A stretch of 64,000 bases of DNA from Phoronis australis (taxonomy: Eukaryota; Animalia; Phoronida), in the NCBI GenBank assembly GCA_002633005.1, contig NMRA01000042.1, forward strand, positions 308,838 through 372,837. Direction: 5' to 3'. Below the pieces are notes generated by a model that saw only the letters and a program-made list of their open reading frames with translations, did not search any database and was not told where the DNA came from. Below, piece by piece: positions 39,801-51,296 of the stretch (within the stretch, counting starts at the first letter, position 1; each line of letters starts with the position of its first letter). The translations under genes and the position numbers were made by a program.

Positions 39801-42800
39801 TGTGTGTGGTTCGAATATGTTGTAGTATGAGCTTCAAATGTTAAAAAGTCTTGTTGATAGAATTTTGGCGGTTTGTTTGGAGCGTTTGCTAAGGGTTTGG
39901 CATAACCTAATCACTTTCCGTTCCTATTGTCTGCGTTGAATAATCGCCTTTAGCTTATGATTAACGGAACGTCTCCTTATCTTACCACACCGTACGCTTG
40001 CTGCACCATTAAATGTCCAAATTTGGTGACGCTTCGTTTTCAATATTTGGCCTGAAAGTAAAGAACTTTACATTTCGTTTTTTTAGGAGTGCGTTGTCCA
40101 GCCTCGAAGTAATTCTTTTGTTTTGTTTCTTCAGAATTCTCTCTAGTGGAAACCGAAGGATCAGGCGAAGAAAGTTCCGGTGAATTAATGCAACCAGTCA
40201 ACAGATATCATGCTTTATCAGGTTAATATTAAAAAAAAACACCATTGCCAAATCCATAATGCTCGCATGGCCAAGCGTGATCACGGATTTTTTATTGTAT
40301 CAGGAGTTGCGGTGAGATTTCAAAGACGCTACGACAGTCAGCCAGCCACCAATCGTCCGGATGTCGGAAATCGGTCGAGTATCGCCTGCCGATGTCAAAC
40401 AAGACCGCCTGAAAGAATTCAAAAACGTTCATCTGACGTCTGATCGATCTTTTTATCAGCCCCAAAATCTGCCGGCAGATCCGCCTTTTTCGTTGAGGAG
40501 ACTACATACCAATGGCGCCTCGGGCCCTGATCTGTTTACGTGACCTTCACAAAATTCGCGGTCTGAAAGTATAGAAATCTGCCTTTACTAGCGCCACTTA
40601 AAAATCCACGACAGAAAACTCTGCCAATTTCAATAAATGCCATTTGTATGGGCCACTTGATGCCATGCTCCATGGAAATTAGTTCCATTCAATTGTTCCA
40701 GCCAAGAGACACTGGGTTTCGGAGCAATGAGGCCGTGTCTCTTGTGCATGCTGACATGGGCAGTTGGCTCATAAGTTAAAAATGGAGCCATCTCACCAGG
40801 AGTGATTGTAACTATTTTGTGAACACTCTATTCATGTAATGGCGATCAGCATTACCTTTTACTTGACTGGACATAGCAACTACCGCAGGTAACGTTTTGT
40901 TAGGCATAATTTAGGACTACCTGTATTACAAGAGGTTTCCACCTGTAGCCCTGCCTTTAAATGTGTATTTACTATAATATTCTGGCCACTCACCTTGGGC
41001 AAACAGAGCCTATCCACAAATTACGTCATTGGGCTCTCACAGATGGCTGAGAGGGAGGACAATAAGAAGACAGATCAGGTGTTTGATGACAGTTTACACA
41101 TAAAGTTTTTTCAGACGTAATATTTGGTCTATTTATTGGTCAACCTGTGAACGCTGTATAAGTCATATATCGGACATGCTTAACCGATTCCGTCGAGTGA
41201 GTTCTATCCTGATGGTTATGCGTGATCGGACGATTTTTATCGGAGTAGCAGTCACATTTCAAAAATGAAAAATCGGGCGACGGCCATTGATTTCGGGACA
41301 AACTTTTTGTAATAGACCGGAAATCAATGAATCGTTGTCGGAACCGTTGCGTAACTTGAAGGGATATGATCAGTTACAAAAGTGAATTTCTGAGATCAGT
41401 CTCTGCGTGGTATCGAACCTACAACCCCCGCGGTTGCAGTCTAACAATCTGCTTGCGGAGCTAAATCCCTCTCGATAAGTGAAAACTTTCGGAACACGAC
41501 CGAGTACAAAATGCTGGTGAAAAAAAATATTTATAAATTACTGTGACGTCAACTTTATGAATTACTCGATTTTGACTTTTTGATTTTTCTAAAATGTTAG
41601 AAATTCACTAAATATTCATTGAAATTTAAGAAAAATACACAATCTGGTCTATATATTGCTCTAATTATTAACGTGACGTCAACATGGCTTGGCAGATGCC
41701 AATCACTAAATCTGTTTAGAAAAACTTACGTGGTCTTTTCTATTTTAGGAAGCAATGTAAAAATGTCTGCCACAGAGCCAGATGGCTTCGAATATCCGCT
41801 GTATGATTTGTACGATAGAGATCCATCAGAAGACTACCCAGGAAAATCTGTAAGCATTATAGTTCCAGAATCACAGGCTTAGTCAGCACTATTCATCGTA
41901 TGTCGCCGGAGCCCAGCAGCAGATTCTTTGTCGATCCCCTCCCTGTCGTCAGCAGACCTGTGCTCCGTAGACTCAAGGAAGTTGCGTGAGATTTCGGCCA
42001 TGCGTTACAAGCGAAGGATTTTATTACACTAGCTTTGCTTGCAAAATTCTTGCGTCCACAGAATCCAGCCAAGCTGCACGCAGTCCTCAAACCTCCAGTC
42101 TCCTCGAATTACGCCCTCCCGCAGTGAATCATACTCGCAGCTTTTTACATTTTTGTCCCTAGCACCCCTTCTTCGACTCTAGTCTCCAACTTTTCTGGCC
42201 TCCAACACACTTTACTTATATTTCCAAGAACTATTGTCCTATGAACCCGTCTTCCATCACAAAAAAAAAATGTTTTAGACATCTTAGAGTTATGAAATTG
42301 GTCTCAAATTGTTCCTTAGTCAAATTGGAGACGATTTCATGGCTTCGAAAGAACTGTCACTTTGTTATTGCTTGAGATCGAGGCTCTTTCATTTGGCTTG
42401 TAATGGCGTGTCATGGCGTGTCATGACGTGTCATGGCGTGTCATTCTGTACACTGAGCATGGCTTCCAGAAATATCGAACTGTGAGTTCATTAGAAAACT
42501 TCTCATCCAAGTAAGGAACAAGATGATCGAGACCAATTTTATAGAGGTGATTTAAATCAAATGTTTGCTTCGTGGACAGAACGCAGTTTTATAGCCTCTG
42601 TAGCTGTGAACTCTGAACGATATGAATCTAAACTTTTTCGACAAGAACACATAAACCGTTTATGGGGCGCAAAGCAGAACGTCGCCTGAATGTACATGTT
42701 ATTAGTTGTTGTAGATTGGTGGTTATGAATCTATTATTTATCTGCTCAGTGGACATCAAGCGACAGAAGGACGCAATTTATCGAACAGATGGGTCACATT

Positions 42801-43342
42801 TTATTTTTATTTAAAGATCGTTCGCCCAGTTTTAGGTAAGAATGCCGTATTTTGAAATTTTATGAGCAAGCAATTCATGAACATGAAGGTCAATTTGAAA
42901 GTGAGCTAGGATCACATGTTCGCCAGAGTGTTTAGTTGCTACAAGTCTGCCTCGTTTACACTCTAGCGTCGTCACGGCCGGGCTTACGACTTAGTTAAAA
43001 GGATGCCCAGCTGGTAGTCAGTGGTGGTCAGTGGTACTCAGCTCGCAATCTCCTACTGCTGCACTATTAATCCAGTTCTTACACAAAATCCCGCTCATCT
43101 ATTTTCAGTTCCCCTATCCTATTGGCAAAGAAGACCTAAATGTAGACTACTACAGTGTGAGCGAAGATGAGCCCAAATCTCCAGAAATGGCGTTTGCTAA
43201 AAGAATTACTCAGAAGTCTGAACCCCAGTTCGTGGGAGGTTTCAAGGATAGCGAGTCGTTGGATGAATTGGAAGACCTGTACTCATTTTTACATGTTTCT
43301 AGTGAAACTGAGAGGGCTACTGAAGAGGAAAAGACAGTTTAA
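7898..43342 (+). CDS. CPAMD8: C3- and PZP-like alpha-2-macroglobulin domain-containing protein 8 (thioester-containing protein), 36 exons, about 1815 aa
   Basis: Exons: 7898-7971, 13247-13401, 17011-17033, 17355-17523, 18246-18316, 18622-18676, 19467-19580, 20068-20261, 20569-20799, 21167-21331, 21592-21720, 21961-22120, 22347-22516, 22687-22836, 23749-23877, 24097-24193, 24502-24613, 24899-25130, 26088-26238, 26957-27121, 27349-27555, 27785-27876, 28664-28796, 29313-29402 (or 31380-31469), 32879-33055, 34176-34739, 34915-35051, 35522-35740, 36795-36949, 37369-37531, 37953-38058, 38757-38834, 39250-39408, 40135-40221, 41749-41849, 43109-43342. Phases match and the total of 5448 nt is divisible by 3. 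Motifs: [97 protein letters not shown], Kazal. The last three exons are less certain. Confidence 0.93.
9683..9810. repeat. (CAT/CAC)n microsatellite in CPAMD8 intron 1
   Basis: About 42 trinucleotide units. Confidence 0.98.
12465..12536. mobile_element. Short MITE-like remnant (gggg-ctatagcccc family)
   Basis: catggg...ccatg ends; shares tagccccc-cacttttcagtgctgcgccg with 39447-39565. Confidence 0.5.
15786..15850 (+). mobile_element. Possible tRNA-derived SINE head, degenerate
   Basis: A-box-like tggctcaacggcaga and B-box-like gttcgatttcc; no full cloverleaf. Confidence 0.3.
18766..19160. mobile_element. MITE with imperfect ~38-bp TIRs in CPAMD8 intron 6
   Basis: Left gggccggggtgtaatct...aatcgaactc vs right gagttcgatt...agattagaccctggtcc. 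Confidence 0.65.
19559..19747 (+). repeat. 63-bp x3 tandem repeat spanning the exon 7 donor site
   Basis: Units 19559-19621, 19622-19684, 19685-19747, each containing tacg|gtaagt. Confidence 0.97.
27349..28796 (+). CDS. CPAMD8: CPAMD8 exons 21-23: farnesoic acid O-methyltransferase-like (Methyltransf_FA) insert domain
   Basis: [39 protein letters not shown] and VKYIGVST match the insert characteristic of CPAMD8. Confidence 0.85.
28100..28288. mobile_element. Foldback/MITE-like element with ~35-bp inverted ends and internal gcgagggaacgcaaaa repeats
   Basis: gatgcgaaaaaaaatttcaagattttgcattccctc vs gagggaacgcaaaaattttgatttttttcgcatc. Confidence 0.7.
28821..29033. repeat. 24-bp minisatellite (tgtgaacacgagtcacgacttact), about 9 copies; second array at 30968-31100
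   Basis: Directly visible; translates as CEHESRLT repeats. Confidence 0.97.
28901..32694. repeat. ~1.7-kb near-identical duplication (28901-30603 vs 30968-32694) joined at a single N (30967)
   Basis: Colinear copies with scattered SNPs and one net 24-bp indel. Confidence 0.95.
31380..31469 (+). CDS. CPAMD8: Identical second copy of CPAMD8 exon 24 within the duplicated segment
   Basis: 90 nt identical to 29313-29402 with intact ag/gt sites; probably an assembly duplicate. Confidence 0.5.
32879..33055 (+). CDS. CPAMD8: CPAMD8 thioester exon (GCGEQ at 32935-32949)
   Basis: [31 protein letters not shown]. Confidence 0.97.
34176..34739 (+). CDS. CPAMD8: CPAMD8 thioester-domain (TED) large exon
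   Basis: [19 protein letters not shown]...[10 protein letters not shown]...QQRSDGSF...NKDLQGG...LTAYV; ag/gt boundaries. Confidence 0.95.
35912..36634. repeat. ~190-bp direct repeat pair (35912-36104 and 36442-36634) in CPAMD8 intron 28
   Basis: ggcgctttttattgcccatcttaccagag...tgtcgatcataaat twice, 530 bp apart. Confidence 0.92.
37369..38058 (+). CDS. CPAMD8: CPAMD8 A2M receptor-binding domain exons 30-31
   Basis: [14 protein letters not shown]...YFYFDE|IPNGCLTC...[10 protein letters not shown]. Confidence 0.93.
38380..38690. repeat. Degenerate CAC/CAA-rich low-complexity tract
   Basis: Runs of accaccacc, caacaac. Confidence 0.75.
39250..39408 (+). CDS. CPAMD8: CPAMD8 Kazal-type domain exon
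   Basis: CECYSDC...[21 protein letters not shown]; phase 1-1 exon. Confidence 0.9.
39447..39565. mobile_element. Two tandem MITE-like remnants related to 12465-12536
   Basis: ggggctg..gct[a/g][c/t]agc[c/t]cc[c]actt...agtgctgcgccgc twice. Confidence 0.5.
41407..41465 (-). mobile_element. Possible tRNA-derived SINE head or tRNA relic
   Basis: Minus strand tagctc...gactgcaacc...ggttcgatacc (B-box, GCA loop); D-arm degenerate. Confidence 0.35.
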
Positions 43343-45743
43343 TCGGAGGCATTTAGCTAGCGACCTGTGCTCCAGAACCCACCCTTGTAAATTTCCACAT
43401 CGAGCACAGTTCTAGCTCCAACCATTAACATTGTTCTTGAATGAAATACATGCATGTTGGTAAAAGTTTATCCTGTCAATAATTCAAACAGTTGAATAGA
43501 TACTAAACCGTGTTTCCGCGATTTCCCCCAAACGGGTTTTGTCACCTAGCATTGTACGGTCAGTGTTTTCTCTAGAAATCATTTTGCAGTTAAATGACTC
43601 CACCACTGTGTCATGACGTGGACCAAGTGGCTCAATTAAGTTCAACAATTGGTACAACTTGGGCCACTTGCGCATACAAAACGGTCACGAAATTTCCATA
43701 CTGTGGTATAGTAAGTTTATTTCCATCACCACAAAAAATATCTTGGACGTTAAAGTCAAAAACGCTTTAAAAAATACAGGGCTGGTTGTCCAATGAAAAA
43801 AGCTGGACACTTCAAGTTAGTGTCTTGATTTAACGTGTAAATGGTAGGCGGACAAGAAATGCACTACGATGATTCTTTACTATTTCACACAAAAATAATT
43901 GCTAAAAGTGTCACTTATCTCAGTGATTACCCAACTGCGAACCGTGGAAACTTTTGAAAGATGTCAAATGACATCGACACAGAACAAACCAAGCTATGAA
44001 ATACACTAGCACTTTCTCAGTCTTTGTTTTTGTTCGAGTTTCCTAACAAAATAATATTTCCCCATATTGTGTGCTACATGGGTGAAGAATTGCCGTACTG
44101 AGTGGTGAGTTGCCGTACTGAGTGATAATTCAACAGCTGAGTGTTTGCATCACCTTAACTCCTACGTGGACATATACTAGGTACTCTTGATTGTCTTTGC
44201 CGCTTCCGCCGGCGAAAGAAGCTATCTGACATTTGACTGGTTCCCGATGATGACTGCTTGCTTACAGACCAATTAGATGTCTTGGCCGATTGACCGGTGG
44301 AACCGGCGAAGTCAATAGAGTGCAGTCATTTTGAATTCCTGCCTCGCAAGTCTAGTTGGTCACCGTGATGGACTACAGTTCGTGGCAGCTCACATGATTA
44401 AAAGGCTAATGTGTGCATTCATTTATAACTTTGTACATGAGATGACTTGTATTTATTGTTTTGTTTCTAATGGAATACATACCACACTAATTCTAAGCTA
44501 TGCTGCAGTCATTTCAAATGACTTGAGAGACTTGGTTTAATAGTAAACAAGGTCTTTCTTGAACGAATCTGTAGATTTGTTGAGGACTTCCCACATTAAA
44601 CCGAGACTCATACCTCGGTGCTGCGTTACATGGAACAAGTTTATTGAGAGAAAAAGGAAGATTTTGCAACTCTTCGTGAGGTATCGCCATGCCGTTCATT
44701 AAACACAAAGCACATCACGATCACACTAATCAGATTAACTAGTCTGTTGCGTCTACTAAACGCGCCCCAGCTGTTTGTGCGCCGCTTACAAGGACGTTTT
44801 CTCTTCGAAAATTGTGATTGTTGCTCAGTGCTATTTGTCAGGTTATGACTTTTGTGTTCCCCAGTTCGGAACTGTTGAACAAGAAAATAAGCGCCGAGCT
44901 TCGCCTGGGATCAAAAATAAGACGATTTCAAAAATAATTTCTTTAATACACGTACTTGATCCTCGATTGCAAAAGTGTTATGTTGGATGCTGTCCGTTTT
45001 CTACCCAGTGAGCTCTGGATGGCGCTACACATTGTATTTTGTCTGTCATATGCTATTTAGTGAACAGTGGCAAGTAGAGTATCAAGGAATTTTTGGTACC
45101 TTGAATATTTGAGCTAGCTCAAGTTTGGAGGGGTCCTCCTAGGATTTCTGGCGGGACATTTCCAGTGTGCAATTTGTCTGCCATGGGTGATTCGGAGCTC
45201 ATTACGACACGACTGTTCGTTTTAAATCAGCTTTGGCCATTCTGGGGTGCACTCTAAGTGCTCCTGAGGTCAGATGTCGCTACCTCGTTCATACATGCTA
45301 AGTGCTTTGGGTTGCCGGTCTATTCGTGACTTAAAGTGACCATTACATGGCGCATAAAATGACACGTCGTGACAACTGAAAAGTCAACTGTCAGACAGCC
45401 TTGTGTCTCAAACAATTACAAATTGTTCATTCTTTCCCAGCCGTCATCACATCAAATTTGCCTTAACAACAGTTTTGGCACACATTTCAAAGTGAAAAAT
45501 GGTCGAAAACAAAAGTTGATTTGTGTCAGGTTTATAACTACTTTATTACTCTGTATTAGTTTTCACCGACTATAACAACATCAGTCGTAATAACGATATC
45601 ACTAAAATAACATTTCTTTAATTACACCCATGTATATAGCAATTACCCGAAATTTTTCTAAATCCATGCAAAAAATCCAGTATCATACGACTTCAGCAGC
45701 TACTTTGTTACTTTAGTATCATGAAATGAACAATAGGAACGCC

Positions 45744-47484
45744 AACTAGAGCAACGCGGAGCGTTGAAATGCGCCCACGAATGCATTGCAAATGGTGTGC
45801 TTTTAGGGTTATTCATTTTTATCATAAAAATGGCCACTAGATGGCGCAAAAACATACAATCCATCCAAAAACAGGAACATGCCATATTTCATAAAAATCT
45901 GTCAAGGAACTTCAGAGAAACAAAGGAAAACAGAATAAAATGAAATTGCTATTAGTGGGCACAGTGTCCGTTGGATCCGCCTGAAAGTCGTCGTCGTCTG
46001 TTGTTATCTTCATATAAATACACCTACTAAATTTAGTAAAGATCCTGCAGAGGGTTTAGGAGATACAACTATGGGCGTAAAACAAAACTACCACTAGGAG
46101 GCACCACAGTAGTCAGTCACTATCATCAAAGGTCGTCTTCACACTGAGAACATATATGCCAATTTTCAAATGATTTAGTTGATACAGGGGTGGACACCAA
46201 AAAACAAGATTTGAAAACAGCAAAAAAATGGCCACTAGGTGGTGCAAAATACCTCGATTCCATCCAAAAACAGGAAGATAGCGTCATCACACCAATAGAT
46301 GCTGCGCTAGTTTTGAACCTAACTGATATACAAGGGGTTGACAGTTATAGTTAAACAATTTTATGAAAATCTGTTGAGGACCTTTGAAGATACTGATTTA
46401 AACGTAAAAAACTAAAATTGCCACTAGGGGGCACAGCAGTAGTCAGAGCTATCCGAAAGTCGCCGTCATCCGTAGTCAACATCATATTTCTACATACACT
46501 TGCTAAGTTAAGTAAAGATCCTGCGAACGGTTTAGGAGATATAGCCATAGGCGCAACAAAAACAAAGCTGCCACTAGGAGGCGCCACAGTAGTCAAAATG
46601 GTCGGATAATCATCGTCAACCGTCCTCTTTATAGTAAGCACATACATGCCAATTTTCACAATCATCCTTTGAGCGGTTTGGTCGATAGAGGGCTGGACGC
46701 AAAAAACAGACTCGAAAAAAGTAAAAATGGCCACTAGGAAGCGCAAACTACGTCGAATCCATCCGAAAACGGGAGGATAGCGTCACCCCACTAATAGGTG
46801 CCTACATATTAAATTTCATGAAAATCCGTTTGGGGCTTTTGAAGATACAAAGGTAAGCGTAAAAAAATAAAATTGCCACTAGGGGGTACACCGGTAGTCG
46901 GATCTGTCCTAAAGCCGTCGTCGTCCATTGTTAACATCATATAAATATAGTTACTAAATTTCGTAAAGATCCTGCGAACGGTTTAGGAAATACAGCCATA
47001 AGCGCAAAAAAAAAACATCCACTAGGAGGCGCCACAGTAGTCGAAATCGTTGGAAAATCATCGTCAACCGTCCTCTTCATAGTAAGCACATGCTTGCCAA
47101 TTTTCACAATCATCCTTGGAGCGGTTTGGTTGATAGCGGGGTGGACGCTAAAAAACAGACTCAAAAACAGTAAAAATGGCCACTAGGTGGATCAAACTAC
47201 GTCGAATCCATCCGAAAACGGGAGGATAGCGTCACCTCACTAATAGGTGCCTACATACCAAATTTCATGAAAATCCGTTCAAGACTTTTGAAGATACAAA
47301 GATAAGCGTAAAAAACTAAAATTGCCACTAGGGGAAAGTTCGCTCATGCCGTCCCATTCATGAATGGAACATATGTGCCAAATTTCATGAACGTATGTCA
47401 AAGGGTTTTGGAGATAGAGCAGCAGACGCCGGACGGAGATGACGGCATAATGCGTTCACATATAAATATGCAGGCGCATAAAAA
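45744..47484 (-). mobile_element. Non-autonomous Helentron/DINE-1-like (HINE) element with an internal higher-order tandem array
   Basis: Ends aactagagc and gcgcataaaaa on +; subterminal inverted repeats atgcgcccac / gcaggcgcat; terminal stem-loop; short ggac microsatellite; ~450-bp internal repeats; related copies at 53991-56601. Confidence 0.75.
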
Positions 47485-48050
47485 TTGGACATGCAAATTT
47501 TATTTATTTAAAAAATAACGTCTTCAACATGCATGTGGTTAGCATCTGATTAGGTTATGAAGTTTTCACCCGCAACGAAACCGGGAGTATCTCGAAAAGG
47601 CAGCCTGCATTTTAAAAAACATTGACGGTCGTTTTGGACTCCAACTCGACATAGATGAAGACCTCAGCACTCAAAACTGAAATCTTTATTTATGACAATC
47701 GAATTCGCGGCCTTCATACTCCGTGTTTTAAACAGATGGCCACATGACTTAATATACATACGGGTAGTTCGTTATCGTGATCAAAAATGAAATACCGACA
47801 CTTGGTTATTGGTGGAGACAGGCTCAATAACAGGGCACGTGAACGGGTCGTTTAATGCACAAATAATAGCCAACTTTGAGCTCCTTGCAAGCCAGATATC
47901 ACTCCTTATTTGAATGAAGAACAAATTGAGACTAGTTTTATAGCCTAAGCTTTCTAAATGGAAGGTCATTTTATAGTTTTAATTTAACTGATGGTTACTA
48001 AGCAAACATAACAAAATAAAAGTGCAGTTTGAGACAAGCACTAGCTATAT

Positions 48051-48143
48051 TACAAATACACAGCGTATACAATCGTTAATACCTAATAATGCTTTACAAA
48101 TACACAGCGTATACAATCGTTAATACCTAATAATGCTTTACAA
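48051..48143. repeat. 44-bp tandem duplication
   Basis: tacaaatacacagcgtatacaatcgttaatacctaataatgctt x2. Confidence 0.9.
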
Positions 48144-49663
48144 TTAATGGTAAATAAATAGTTTACTGAAGAAACTTGTGCAATGATTAAATTAAAAGGC
48201 AGCTCAATACATTCCTTCTAGGTGAAATCCAATATTCCTCACAAATCCATAAAGAATCTCTTCCCAAAATCTTGAGCAAGCTTGTAATTCATAACCATTC
48301 CACAGAAAATATTACATCATCCTGTTATTGCAAACTAAGTATGACAAAAATACAGGTAATATACACTTAGGCATCCTGTTGGTCAGAAATGAACAAGGTA
48401 TTCAGCTCATGGACGTAGATTCTAAATTACGCCAAAATACGATTTAAAGCCTTCTATTCTCGATGGCCTTTTCGGTTTGGGACAAAGAATTTTAACTTGC
48501 AAGAAAAATTGAAATTTCCTTACTTTTATTCAAGACAATGAGATTTTTTCCTTATGACAGTATTTCCATAATGTTAGACTCTATTGCTTTAAATAATTAG
48601 AAAGTGTTGTTACCTTAAGAATTAATGACACAGACCTTAATTTCTAGGAAAACATTTCTTAGAAACCAATTTTTAAGTAGATTTAAAGTCTTTGTATTTG
48701 TGAAACATTGATTCTAGTCTCTGGTAATAAGTAAAGACAAGGAGATGATTGGTCACTTGTATTATAAGACTGATCTATTTTTGTCCATATATGCTACAAA
48801 TGCAACAGCAGTTGGGCTTAATGAGATGCAGAGTCTTCTGAAAGCCTAATGAACATTAAGGAACCTTATTCCTCGGCCATAATTGGAACATAAACAAGAA
48901 AAAACACAGAAAGCAAGGAGGAAGAAAACCATGTTTCTTTCGAGTGAATTTGAATAGGAAACACGGGGGGTGGTTTATAGTATATGTTCTAACTACCACT
49001 TAGTGTTTACATTACCCATTATACATAACATAAATTCCAAAACCTAATAGTTTTGAATAAAATAGTTATTGCAGATTTAGTTTTCCCCACAAAGTCTGTC
49101 CACTGAATCTGTAATGTTCGTACATAAAATGACAGCATCCCAGATCAGTATTGAAGGATAAGGCAACTGTTTTAGTGACATCTCTTAAATTAAATTACGA
49201 TTTTCTGGTTATCCAAGATAAATTTACAAGCTAATTAAATGTCCTCGGCTCTAATTATTCATGCATGCGACACTCTGGAAGTGACATTTGCGGACCGAAT
49301 CATTCCCTGCCAACTTTGCTTATGCAATGATTCAGTGAGGACATCTGTTGATTGCATATTTTTTCTAAGCATTATTTGCCTTTGCAAGTATAGTATTAGA
49401 CTAGAACTCATTTCAGAGGGATTAAGTCATGGTTTGATCTGCAATGGAGGGTTAATGGCTGGAACCTTACAATCGACAGTTACTGTTATACACAGCTTTA
49501 GCTGTGGCGTGAACAGACACTACCGAGCCTCTTACGACAGATCTTGTCATCCATTGGAAATATATGAAACAGAACTCCTATACTCTTCAAGAGCTCATGA
49601 TGCCCGCATCCTGGTACACAACAACTTCCAGGCAGACTGAATAAGACTCATAGAAAGGCAATT

Positions 49664-50276
49664 AATGGTATAGCTTGTTACAAGATGACATACACAATGA
49701 TGTGCCTGATGTCACAGTCCTAAAAACATGTAAACAAAGCTGGTGGGGAAGGATTTGGGCCGTGGACGTCACTTCCACAGTCACGCAAGCATAATCAATT
49801 AGAGCCCGGGGTATTTAATTTAGGGCTGTTCCAGTAAAATCTGTATGGGAGGGGGGGAAGGCACCTTTTTTTCACACCCACCACCCATATTTTTCATTTA
49901 TTTCTTCAGCCCACCACCCATAATTTTTTATAGGTTTGAAATGCAACCACCCGTAATTTTTTTTTGTTCTTGTGGTTGACTGCACAGGCGCTTGAGTTTA
50001 TCTGTTCCTCCATCACCACTAACGTCATTCATTACTAAGAAAACATATGTTTCTTATATATGGTTATTAGCCATCGAGAAATTCGAGCACCTGTGGTTAA
50101 ATGGTGTTATGGGCANAATGGTATAGCTTGTTACAAGATGACATACACAATGATGTGCCTGATGTCACAGTCCTAAAAGCATGTAAACAAAGCTGGTGGG
50201 GAAGGATTTGGGCCGTGGACGTCACTTCCACAGTCACGCAAGCATAATCAATTAGAGCCCGGGGTATTTAATTTAG
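49664..50276. repeat. 160-bp duplication (49664-49823 vs 50117-50276) flanking a single N (50116)
   Basis: Copies differ by one visible SNP; the intervening 49824-50115 is unrelated. Confidence 0.92.
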
Positions 50277-51126
50277 TTAGGAAACCAAAAAATCATAATC
50301 TAACCAAAAATGACACTAAAACCTGTTGCCGTCCCCTTTGACTGTTGGCTGACTATCTTAAGCAAGCTATACCAAAACGTGACGGTGACTTCAAACAAAA
50401 CTTCATCGGTGAATTACTTTAACATAAATATCCACGCAGAAAGAAAGCTATGTTAAACCAAAGTATCCAAGTGCAACAGTTCAAGAATTAAAAAGCAGCT
50501 GTACAAAACTAATTTTATTACTAGACGGACGTGAACTGATCCTAAAATAGACACCAAATGGCCACACCACCACTCAATACTTACACAAGTGTTATCCATA
50601 TAATTGTTGGCAAATATACGACTTATTCAAATTTGAGTCACTTCAGGACAAGTCAGCAGAATACAACAAAAGAGAGTTGCACAACTGAATTGGATAACCA
50701 GTATTGTTGACATAATCCACAATGCCCTAAAATATATTATGAAGACAACTGAAACGGAGGCTGATACAGACTATTGTGGAATTAAACAAATTCACAGCAC
50801 TTACACGACACTTCAATCCTTCTTAGGTTTTCATAATTCATAGATGAGAAAAATGGACGTTGAGAACATCCAAGTAATGATATTCACAGATGCTCAAAAG
50901 GCATCAACTTTAACCTATGCATTACTGACCTACACAAGTTCTAATCAAAGGTTGTTTTATAACAGCTCTCCCACACAGGACATCTGATGGACAGATTGAC
51001 TGATGAGAAATCAACACTTCTTTATGGTTTGACATCCTGTTATGTCATTGTGTTAGTATGGTCAACCTGAAGTGCCGTCTTGTGATTCGCAAGCTCTTTG
51101 GAGGGGTGTGGCTAGCAATCAGGGCC

Positions 51127-51190
51127 CAGCTAATGGTGGTGCCTGTCAGCTAATGGTGGTGCCTGACAGCTAATGGTGGTGCCTGATAGC
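51127..51190. repeat. 20-bp x3 tandem repeat in the striatin 3' UTR
   Basis: cagctaatggtggtgcctg[t/a] x3. Confidence 0.9.
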
Positions 51191-51296
51191 CAATTGGTAG
51201 ATCTTCAATACTGATACAACCCGTGACTGCTGAATAAATAGAAGATTTCCAACACACCCTTCCAGAATTACGACATCTTGAGAAAGAGAGAAAGAG

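Noticed and set aside
41407-41465. Functional tRNA-Cys gene
   Set aside because: D-arm and acceptor stem do not pair; kept only as a possible SINE relic
46351-47164. Repetitive ORFs (TTVAPPSG) and similar ORFs at 54980-56651
   Set aside because: Translations of the internal tandem array of a non-coding element
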